A stretch of 64,000 nucleotides of DNA. Origin: a virus (lineage: Duplodnaviria; Caudoviricetes). The stretch is taken from the IMG/VR virus record IMGVR_UViG_3300032327_000792. The stretch is one strand, 5' to 3'. The notes beneath the pieces are model-generated. The model was not told the origin of the DNA. It made no database searches and saw only the letters and a program-made list of their open reading frames with translations. This document shows, in pieces, positions 27,678 through 35,262 of this stretch. The number at the start of each line of letters is the position of its first letter. Positions within the stretch are counted from its first letter, which is position 1. Made by a program: the position numbers and the translations under genes.

Positions 27678-28418
27678 TTGAGTAGACAGAGAGCAGCAAA
27701 AGCACAACGTCGTAACAACACTATGACAAACCAAGAAAATACCATAAGATTTGATCAGGTCAAACCAATAAAGCAAAAGCCCATTGATATCGTGCCACGC
27801 ACAAGGAATCAAGAGCGTTTGGTATTGGCTTTGCAATCCGAAGATCAGTCTATAGTGGTCACAGCCGGGCCAGCAGGAACAGGAAAAACATATTTGGCTA
27901 TGCTGGCCGCAGTAAAAGCCTTTAGACAAGGCGATTGCAAACGTATTGTGTTAACTCGCCCAGCAGTGGGTGTTGAAGATGAAAAGCATGGATTTTTACC
28001 CGGCGACTTAAATGCCAAGATGGATCCATGGGTTCGGCCATTGACAGATATCTTGCGTGAGTATTACAGACAACAGGATATTGCCGAAATGATGGAAGAA
28101 CAAACTATAGAAATTGCTCCCTTGGCATTTATGCGTGGACGTACTTTCAAAGATAGTTTTATCATTGCTGACGAGATGCAGAACGCAACTCCCAATCAAG
28201 TAAAAATGCTGATGACCCGTATCGGCGAAGGCTCAAAAATAGTAATCACGGGCGACGTAGAACAGGCCGATCGTAATCGCGGCAACAATGGTTTGATGGA
28301 CCTTTGTTCACGATTAGAGAAAGGAGGTGTAAAGGGTATAGCTGTGTGTCATTTAGACAATCGAGACATTCAGCGACATAGAATCATTGATTCTGTGTTA
28401 CACCTTTACGCCGACTGA
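27678..28418 (+). CDS. phoH: PhoH-like ATPase
   Basis: GPAGTGKT, LTRPAV, GFLPG, APLAFMRGRTF, ADEMQN, ITGDVEQAD; TTG start. Confidence 0.95.
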   Translation: MSRQRAAKAQRRNNTMTNQENTIRFDQVKPIKQKPIDIVPRTRNQERLVLALQSEDQSIVVTAGPAGTGKTYLAMLAAVKAFRQGDCKRIVLTRPAVGVEDEKHGFLPGDLNAKMDPWVRPLTDILREYYRQQDIAEMMEEQTIEIAPLAFMRGRTFKDSFIIADEMQNATPNQVKMLMTRIGEGSKIVITGDVEQADRNRGNNGLMDLCSRLEKGGVKGIAVCHLDNRDIQRHRIIDSVLHLYAD

Positions 28419-29017
28419 GAAGAAATTAATTCGTAGATTTCTTTCCAGTTTTTGACAATTTGGATGCCTTCGTGGTAGTAGTGCATGTTATGACCGTGCT
28501 CTATCAGAAGGCATTTCAGTCCTGCGTGGTATCCAGCTTCGGCATTTTCCGGCTTGTCTTCGATCCACCAGCAACCAGTGCCTTCGTATTCTTCCAAGGC
28601 TTCATCTTTGTGAGCACCCGTGTCCAAACACACAATTCGTTCAAACGCAGTGGGTCCAAACAACTTGTGCAAGTTCATCTCACGTAGCTTTTGAGCATTG
28701 GGATCCAAACTCAAACTGGTGATAGCATGAAAACGGAATCCTAGTTCTTCATGTAGACGTTTGATGTAAAACATGGCATCACGTTGTGCTGGCAAGAATC
28801 CAATTGCTGCCGATTCGTTGAAAATTTTGATCAGTTTTCGAACTTGTTCTTTGGGAATATTGTAGCGTATGCTCATATCGTAGTTGAGTTTGCTACCTTC
28901 TACTTCGGTAAATCCGTGTTCTTGCATCCAGATAGTGAACGCATATTCCCAATCCAAACAAACTCCGTCACAGTCTGTGAGGATCAGTCGATCTAGATTT
29001 TTGAATTTTTTACGCAT
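28406..29017 (-). CDS. HAD-superfamily hydrolase (5'(3')-deoxyribonucleotidase-like)
   Basis: DCDGVCLDW motif I; WIEDKPEN motif IV. Confidence 0.85.
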   Translation of the reverse strand: MRKKFKNLDRLILTDCDGVCLDWEYAFTIWMQEHGFTEVEGSKLNYDMSIRYNIPKEQVRKLIKIFNESAAIGFLPAQRDAMFYIKRLHEELGFRFHAITSLSLDPNAQKLREMNLHKLFGPTAFERIVCLDTGAHKDEALEEYEGTGCWWIEDKPENAEAGYHAGLKCLLIEHGHNMHYYHEGIQIVKNWKEIYELISSQSA

Positions 29018-29048
29018 CTTGCTCCTGCTGTTTTATTTTGATACTACT

Positions 29049-29077
29049 ATTATAGCAGATCAGAAGTTTCTGGTCAA
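29049..29077 (-). promoter_or_regulatory. Sigma70-type promoter
   Basis: TTGACC-17-TATAAT upstream of the HAD gene. Confidence 0.8.
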
Positions 29078-29985
29078 CCGGGACAATTAAACTGGCATCC
29101 GTGTTCGGGTGCAGTAAGTATGGAATCATAAAATTGTATAGTCTTCTGCTGGGACAATACTTCAGTGATAGTGGTATTTTTTATATTATAGTCGGACCGA
29201 TTTTTACCAAAATGTGATTTATAATAAAAATTATAATCGGTTATTCTGCAACAACCACTGTAGTATCCACCGGCAGAAATATAATGACTTTTATTGTTGT
29301 AACATTCGGGATTAACTGTAAAATTTTTACTTGATGCTGTTTTCCAGTCCGCCTGCGGCTGATATGTATTTCTTAGATATTGAGGATCTGTAATTTTTAA
29401 ATGTGATAAAGTATCTTGGTCAAATCTATTGCTAGGTTTCACAACAAATCGGTCAACTTTCATTTGTTCGGCCAATAACCGAGTTTTTTCCATAGAATCA
29501 ACATTGTATCCAAAAGGTATATATTTCCACTCAGTTTGACATGGCGATTCCACACATGCTTTTATACCTACTTCGATAGATTCCCAATCTCCGTTGACTC
29601 GATATTGAGTAAAATTTTCTGGGGATCCATCAATACTAAATTGCACAATATCTTGATCGGACAACAAACTACATAATTCTTTCCACCAACTATCTTTTTT
29701 GTAACTTCCGTTGGTCACAATACAAAGCACCGCACCTTTTTCTTTGAGTTTTGCAACAAAATCAATAAACTCCGGATGATAGATTGGATCTCCATAGTTG
29801 CCGCAAAGAAGTATTGGAACTCGGGCAAGATCAATGTCTAAGAATTTTAATAGATCATCAATATCCAGGGATTGATTTTTCCAGTGATCTGGCCATTGGT
29901 TTAAAAATTTTGTTCGACTGCACTCAGAACATTTTAATGTGCAGATATTGGTAGGTTCAATATGAAACCCTTGGGGTAAAATCAT
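29074..29985 (-). CDS. Radical SAM protein with C-terminal SPASM/twitch-like Cys
   Basis: CTLKCSEC (CxxxCxxC), GNYGDP, TNGS, FSIDG. Confidence 0.85.
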   Translation of the reverse strand: MILPQGFHIEPTNICTLKCSECSRTKFLNQWPDHWKNQSLDIDDLLKFLDIDLARVPILLCGNYGDPIYHPEFIDFVAKLKEKGAVLCIVTNGSYKKDSWWKELCSLLSDQDIVQFSIDGSPENFTQYRVNGDWESIEVGIKACVESPCQTEWKYIPFGYNVDSMEKTRLLAEQMKVDRFVVKPSNRFDQDTLSHLKITDPQYLRNTYQPQADWKTASSKNFTVNPECYNNKSHYISAGGYYSGCCRITDYNFYYKSHFGKNRSDYNIKNTTITEVLSQQKTIQFYDSILTAPEHGCQFNCPG

Positions 29986-30272
29986 TTGACTTTGTTAATT
30001 TCTTCCCCATTGATATTCAACGGATGTCCATTTTCTTCAAACAGGCGTTCAATGGTATGAGCATAGTGTTGGTAATAATAAGCAACAATTCGGTCCCAAT
30101 CCTTGGGCACTTGTGCATCGCCCATGCTGGCCAATATCACTTGTTGATCCTTAAAGTCCAAGATCACATTGGCTGTTTGTAGATCACGGCGTTTAAGATT
30201 TTTACTCACAGCCATGACTTCGTCAATTTGGCCAGTAGGTTTACGATAGTAAGTTAAAATTAAATATCTCAT
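29982..30272 (-). CDS. Hypothetical protein
   Basis: 96-aa ORF with ATGA overlaps. Confidence 0.65.
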   Translation of the reverse strand: MRYLILTYYRKPTGQIDEVMAVSKNLKRRDLQTANVILDFKDQQVILASMGDAQVPKDWDRIVAYYYQHYAHTIERLFEENGHPLNINGEEINKVK

Positions 30273-31189
30273 TTGAGTCCTGCAAGTTCGATTAATGTTG
30301 CTGATAAATTAATTTCTTGATCTGCTACCATGGGCACATTGATCAAGCCATTGCGTATAATAACAATGGCCTGATCCTGACGTTCAGGCGCTTTTGACCA
30401 TAGTTCTAAGTTGTCGTACATCCAACGGAATACATCTTCCATTTCTTCTGGACGCACACTGGCACACATCAGTTTGCGTGCTTCTGTAATCTTGCCGGCC
30501 TTGAACAAGTTTACTGCATCCAGTTTCCAATCTTTGGCACCGCCTTCGTCACCATTGGGTGGAGACAAACGTCCTTCTTGGCTGTTCATTTGGCACATAT
30601 TCAAGCATTTACGCAAGTCCGGATAAGTTGCTTTAACATAACTGTCCAAGGTATCTAAATCAAATTCAATGCTTTCAGTGACCAACACAGTGGCCATTCT
30701 AGCAGTGAACTCAGTGACGTCTACACGTTCAATATGAAAACCTTGACACCTGCTGTGGAGAGCTGGTATGATACGATTAGGATAATTACAAGTAAGAATA
30801 AACCTAGCACTGGCGTGATAGGTCTCCATGACGCCACGTAGCGCCGCTTGCCCGTTGGGCGAAATATAGTCCGCTTCATCCAACAACACCACCTTAAATT
30901 CGCCAAATGGCATAGTTTGTACAAATCCTGTAATCTTGTCACGGATTGTGTCCACCGAGTTTTCACGCGATGCATTGATCTCCAACACATCGTAGCTGTC
31001 AATACCCAACTGATTGATCAAGATTTTTGCCAAGGTAGTCTTGCCCACACCTGGCGCTCCCGAAAACAACAAGTGCGGTATTGATCCAGCTTTGATCCAG
31101 CCAGCTACTTGATCTTTTTGTGCTTGATCTCTAAACACATAACCATCTATGTCTCGAGGTCTGTATTTTTCAGTCCAGAGTTCTTTCAT
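30269..31189 (-). CDS. Sliding clamp loader AAA+ subunit (RFC small subunit / gp44-like)
   Basis: LWTEKYRP, GAPGVGKTT, INAS, DEAD, ALHSRC, PDLRK; likely start MKELW at 31189. Confidence 0.92.
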   Translation of the reverse strand: MKELWTEKYRPRDIDGYVFRDQAQKDQVAGWIKAGSIPHLLFSGAPGVGKTTLAKILINQLGIDSYDVLEINASRENSVDTIRDKITGFVQTMPFGEFKVVLLDEADYISPNGQAALRGVMETYHASARFILTCNYPNRIIPALHSRCQGFHIERVDVTEFTARMATVLVTESIEFDLDTLDSYVKATYPDLRKCLNMCQMNSQEGRLSPPNGDEGGAKDWKLDAVNLFKAGKITEARKLMCASVRPEEMEDVFRWMYDNLELWSKAPERQDQAIVIIRNGLINVPMVADQEINLSATLIELAGLK

Positions 31190-31340
31190 TGTTGTCCTTG
31201 TCTGTTTGTGCCTGTTGGGCAATCCATAAATTTAATCGGTCCATATAACCCTCTTCGGTCAATCCGTGCCATCCTATGCACCGGCCTGTGGGGCTACGAC
31301 CGCATCCGCACTGTCCTACTACTTGTGGCAATGGCATCAT
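31170..31340 (-). CDS. Small Cys/His protein, CDGSH-like (CGCGRSPTGRCIGWH)
   Basis: Manual translation, 56 aa, ATGA overlap with the upstream gene; C-x-C-x2-S-x4-C-x-G-x-H spacing. Confidence 0.6.
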   Translation of the reverse strand: MMPLPQVVGQCGCGRSPTGRCIGWHGLTEEGYMDRLNLWIAQQAQTDKDNNERTLD

Positions 31341-31819
31341 TGCGTTGTTTCCTTAGAATTTCGAAAAGTTTCTGCTTCTACTACACGCCTACGCAAACTG
31401 CTGGAACTGAATGAGTGATCACGACCATTGAAGATTGGACGAATACCACGTATGTGTCCTTCGTTTTTACCTGTGTAATTTTGATTTTCATACTCTACTC
31501 CCAGTATACGCACATCCACAGGAAGAATCAACAACAAGTCAACCAAATCCTGTTCTGTTTGGTACACAACAATTTCATCTACATAACGTACTGCGGCCAA
31601 TTGTATCTGTCGTTCTACCACACTTTGAATAGGTGCGTTCTTGGAATCAGGCCGATCAATTGATGCGTCCGTTTGTAGGCCAGCAATCAAGTAATCACAA
31701 TGATTCTTGGCTTCGGCCAACATTGCAATATGTCCGGCGTGCAACATATCAAATTGGCTGAATGTAATGCCAATTACCTTGCCTTGTTCTTTGAGTTCTC
31801 TAACTTTGTTGAATATCAT
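31337..31819 (-). CDS. Cytidylyltransferase (TagD/glycerol-3-phosphate CT-like)
   Basis: FDMLHAGH, AGLQTD, AVRYVDEI, FSSSSLR. Confidence 0.88.
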   Translation of the reverse strand: MIFNKVRELKEQGKVIGITFSQFDMLHAGHIAMLAEAKNHCDYLIAGLQTDASIDRPDSKNAPIQSVVERQIQLAAVRYVDEIVVYQTEQDLVDLLLILPVDVRILGVEYENQNYTGKNEGHIRGIRPIFNGRDHSFSSSSLRRRVVEAETFRNSKETTQ

Positions 31820-32043
31820 TTGCGTTTGAGTAGTTCAGCTACTCTTTCCTTTTCCCATTCTTCCTCGCCTTGAAAGACCGGAAGTTTTTGATAAATGTCT
31901 TCTATCAAGCATTTTACTTGATATATTTCTTTTTTGCAACCACTTGCCGTCCAACCATCGTTGCGAGGATCGTTGGCTTCCAATGCCATACGGTGAAGTT
32001 GAGTAGCAATGTCATCAACATCCCAACGTTTGATAAAACTCAT
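31816..32043 (-). CDS. Hypothetical protein
   Basis: 75-aa ORF in the operon. Confidence 0.6.
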   Translation of the reverse strand: MSFIKRWDVDDIATQLHRMALEANDPRNDGWTASGCKKEIYQVKCLIEDIYQKLPVFQGEEEWEKERVAELLKRK

Positions 32044-32427
32044 TTATTGTTGTGCAACTACGTAGACAGCATCACTCATGGTGTCGTCCTGTGGTGGATG
32101 GTCTGAAACCAGCAGTATATCTTTTGGGTCAATTTTTCGGAGAGTTTTTTCTCCTGATTCGTCTTCAACTTCGACCCCGCGAGTCCAACGTCCGTGTGCT
32201 ACACAGATCCATTGTCCTGTGCAAACATCTTGTTGATCCGGGCCAGTGGCATACACACAACCCCATCGTGGCCTGATGCCCAATCCGGTTCCGTCGTCAT
32301 TCAACAAAATAAGCCCAGAACTGGTTGTGCGTTGTTCAAATGTCATTTCGGTAACAACAACCCAATCTCTGATGGGTTGTAATTGATCTCTTTTGATTTG
32401 ATGTGGTGCAAATGCTGCTTTGTTCAT
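32044..32427 (-). CDS. groES: Co-chaperonin GroES-like protein
   Basis: LQPIRDWVVV, TSSGLIL mobile loop, GCVYATGP, IDPKDILLV. Confidence 0.85.
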   Translation of the reverse strand: MNKAAFAPHQIKRDQLQPIRDWVVVTEMTFEQRTTSSGLILLNDDGTGLGIRPRWGCVYATGPDQQDVCTGQWICVAHGRWTRGVEVEDESGEKTLRKIDPKDILLVSDHPPQDDTMSDAVYVVAQQ

Positions 32428-32435
32428 AGTTCCTC

Positions 32436-32948
32436 TTAGAGTTTTCTAACGCCGGGTGTTTGTCGTGCAAGTTGGCGCGGGGTTTTTTCAAGTTCTTGTT
32501 GCACAGTTCTACTACGGGCAATGGCACCAGCTAAGCCGCCTAGTACTGGGCTTTCTGGTGTAGCGGCCACCGGTTCTGTAGTTGCAACGGTTTCGGTAGC
32601 TTCGGTAGTTGCAAGGTTTTCAACAACATCGTTGGCAACAACGTCGTTGTCCTCGGGTAAATCAGCAAATGTATCTTCGCTGAACACCGGTGACAATTCT
32701 TCGGCCCGTACCTTGTTCATGGCTGCTGTACTGGTTGATACTGGAGTGTTGGTTACATTGGTTGTACGACGATTTTGTCGTTGAACTTGTCGAGATTTGC
32801 GTTCAATAACTCGGTTATTGCTATTGATCACATCACCTCTGGCATTGACTCCCATGTTGCCAACCGCTCTTACGCTTTCATTCTGTAACAACAGTGAGCC
32901 CATGTCAACAGTTTTGCCCATGGCTGATCGGTATTGTTTTTTGGTCAT
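32436..32948 (-). CDS. Hypothetical protein
   Basis: 170-aa ORF after TAAATA (32972-32977); YRSAMGKTVDMG...AVGNMGVNARGD. Confidence 0.65.
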   Translation of the reverse strand: MTKKQYRSAMGKTVDMGSLLLQNESVRAVGNMGVNARGDVINSNNRVIERKSRQVQRQNRRTTNVTNTPVSTSTAAMNKVRAEELSPVFSEDTFADLPEDNDVVANDVVENLATTEATETVATTEPVAATPESPVLGGLAGAIARSRTVQQELEKTPRQLARQTPGVRKL

Positions 32949-32974
32949 TTTAATTTCCTTAGTAATACTGGTAT

Positions 32975-33505
32975 TTAACGCAGAAATTCTTCCACATCTA
33001 ATTCATAGAACATGGAATCAATTTTATGAACTCCTAATTTGTACAACACATAACTGGCCACACTTGATCCACGACCCACGCCCCAGATCACACTGTTAGC
33101 AGTCATCACATCCACTAGATATTTCAAAAAACGCAACAGGTCAAACAAGTTGCGTTCTTGATACAACAACAACTCCTGTCCACACCGTTGTAATTCTGCG
33201 TCAGTGGTACATAAATTCAGTATGTGTTGTGCTATGTCTAATTGCTGATACTGTTCGGGCATGTGCCAAGTGTTTTGGAGTCTGCGATCAAACTCTTCCA
33301 TGCTTTCAGTTGACGTATTGTGTTTGATCATTGTAGGAATATCATCCAACAACATTGATACTTTTTCTAGATCAACACTGGCGTCAACTATCATGTTTCG
33401 AAAAGACGCAATTTCACGACTTTGCATGATCAAGTCACACACATCGTCTTGGTCAAAAATCATTTCACCGTAGTTATTTTGTTTCATCTTTGGCAAAATC
33501 TGCAA
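32975..33505 (-). CDS. dnaE: DNA polymerase III alpha-subunit fragment (split DnaE piece)
   Basis: WGVGRGSSVASYVLYKLGVHKID...EEFLR aligns by eye with DnaE GPGRGS..GSLVAY.L.IT..DP....FERFL. Confidence 0.8.
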   Translation of the reverse strand: MQILPKMKQNNYGEMIFDQDDVCDLIMQSREIASFRNMIVDASVDLEKVSMLLDDIPTMIKHNTSTESMEEFDRRLQNTWHMPEQYQQLDIAQHILNLCTTDAELQRCGQELLLYQERNLFDLLRFLKYLVDVMTANSVIWGVGRGSSVASYVLYKLGVHKIDSMFYELDVEEFLR

Positions 33506-34085
33506 ACACTACCTTGTTATCATCGTTGACATTGATCAGTATACTTTCGTCCCAACACAATCCCAGCTCTCTCCAGCCTGCACCAATGTGAGGCAACTCA
33601 ACGGTTTTTTCATTGTCAACCAAAGTTAAATCGCAATGCACAGCCTCTGGCTCCGACCACCACCCTGTGTCAGCAAATGGACCTTGGGCATCTCGATCAT
33701 TGTGCAAATACACAATATTTTCTCCAAGCTCACTGCAAATTTCTATTTCGTCAATGATCATCCTAGATTCCAGTATGGCATTGAGTTTACAGTATAACAT
33801 TATTCCGATCACTTGGTCTAGAGGATCTTCGGGCAATGTGGTTATGTTGATTCCGGCTGCGGCATATGCTTGACACTGTGCCCACTCATCACTGTTTATA
33901 AACACAGTGCTGTTGAGTTGATTGTGTAGGAAGTATTTGATTCGATCCAGCGCAATGTTGTGATCTTCACCTTCTTCGCTGTTGGTAGTAATGTGTAATT
34001 TTACTTGATAGTTGTTCATACGCATTTGATCATCGTAGAATATACCAGCAGTAAACACAGTTGAGTAACGCAGTCTTACGTTCAT
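33474..34085 (-). CDS. Hypothetical protein
   Basis: 203-aa acidic ORF in the operon. Confidence 0.6.
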   Translation of the reverse strand: MNVRLRYSTVFTAGIFYDDQMRMNNYQVKLHITTNSEEGEDHNIALDRIKYFLHNQLNSTVFINSDEWAQCQAYAAAGINITTLPEDPLDQVIGIMLYCKLNAILESRMIIDEIEICSELGENIVYLHNDRDAQGPFADTGWWSEPEAVHCDLTLVDNEKTVELPHIGAGWRELGLCWDESILINVNDDNKVVFADFAKDETK

Positions 34086-34318
34086 GAGATATCTATCTTG
34101 TCTTCAAAGTTATCGCCAGGTTTGCCTTTGTTGAACATGGCTTGAGTTTTTTCTTGATACTTGACCTGATGACTTTCTATGGCCATCCTGATTTGATTGC
34201 AAAGATAAGCATTGCCTGTTCGATGAGCAATGCCTAATTTTTTATTGAGTTCCGATATTTTAGAACCCAGCTCTTCCACGGTCATGTGGTCTAAGCTGGG
34301 TAGTAAAGGATGTTCCAT
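34082..34318 (-). CDS. Hypothetical protein (coiled coil)
   Basis: 78-aa ORF; a TTGACT-17-TAAAAT promoter-like site lies at 34325-34353. Confidence 0.65.
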   Translation of the reverse strand: MEHPLLPSLDHMTVEELGSKISELNKKLGIAHRTGNAYLCNQIRMAIESHQVKYQEKTQAMFNKGKPGDNFEDKIDIS

Positions 34319-34362
34319 GTGTGTATTTTACAGCACTGTGAACACAAAGTCAATGATTTTGG

Positions 34363-35259
34363 TCAGGCAAATGTGCAACCGTTGTTGCCAATCACAAACC
34401 ATTTTGAGTTGATGTATTGCAAAATACAACCTTCACCGATGGCGTCGAATGTTATGGTGCCTGTACCTGATGTTTTCCATCCTGCATTGGTCACAGTAAT
34501 AACCATATTGCCCACACGAGCATACATTGCAAAAGTTTTGATTTGTCCGTTGACACCTGCTGCTAGTGTTGCTGTTTCAGCAGCCGCAGTTGAGAAATAG
34601 CTCACTGGCAATCTCAAACTTGCAGCACCAGATGCGGCCAAATCTTCAGATCCAGTTAAAAACAATGGATTGGTATAAACATTCAGTGGGCGATTTAAAT
34701 CGTATACAGTGACGGTTGTGCCACCATTGTTGGTTGTGAATCTAAAATTGTATGTACCTGTGGCACCAAATGTGATAATTTGTCCACTGATACCTTGAAT
34801 ACCGGTCAATCCTTGACTAACCACGGCTGGCAATGTTAGAGTATGAGCTAGATTATTTACTGTAACCTGTAAGTATACTTCTCCAGCAACACCAGCCGCT
34901 GGAAAGTTACTAAAGCCAAAAGTAGCAGCAACATTAAGAGTTACTGTTTGATATGTTCCAAGAGCGTAATTAACAGTAAATGAAGATCCCGGCGAGGCAC
35001 CAAGGTCTAGGAGTTTGTAGCCCATGTCATTTAATACAGCATTGCTCAGCCCACTGCCCAACATGTCGTTGTCTAAAGTGGTACCAGACAGCGCAGATTT
35101 TAATACTGCATTGTTTTGTAGATCTGTAATCTCATCTTCCGCATACTGGAAGTTGGTTTTGATATTCGTAAAGTTATCACGAAAACCTTGTGAATTGTTA
35201 TCTTGTCCGGCTACTGGGTAAGTACCGTCGATGTTGTTTGGGTTAATTGCACTTGTCAT
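34363..35259 (-). CDS. Virion structural protein (tail/baseplate-associated)
   Basis: MTSAINPNNIDGTYPVAGQDNNSQGFRDNFTNIK N-terminus; beta-rich C-terminus. Confidence 0.65.
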   Translation of the reverse strand: MTSAINPNNIDGTYPVAGQDNNSQGFRDNFTNIKTNFQYAEDEITDLQNNAVLKSALSGTTLDNDMLGSGLSNAVLNDMGYKLLDLGASPGSSFTVNYALGTYQTVTLNVAATFGFSNFPAAGVAGEVYLQVTVNNLAHTLTLPAVVSQGLTGIQGISGQIITFGATGTYNFRFTTNNGGTTVTVYDLNRPLNVYTNPLFLTGSEDLAASGAASLRLPVSYFSTAAAETATLAAGVNGQIKTFAMYARVGNMVITVTNAGWKTSGTGTITFDAIGEGCILQYINSKWFVIGNNGCTFA

Positions 35260-35262
35260 AAG

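Noticed and set aside
32975-33505. DnaE fragment as a simple pseudogene
   Set aside because: It has a clean stop at a motif boundary, an intact GRGS motif and operon coupling, with no adjacent out-of-frame DnaE remainder; a split gene is more parsimonious, though unproven.
33474-34085. QueD/T-fold (7-deazaguanine pathway) assignment
   Set aside because: The topology is vaguely similar but the QueD metal-binding His/Cys motifs are not evident; left as hypothetical.
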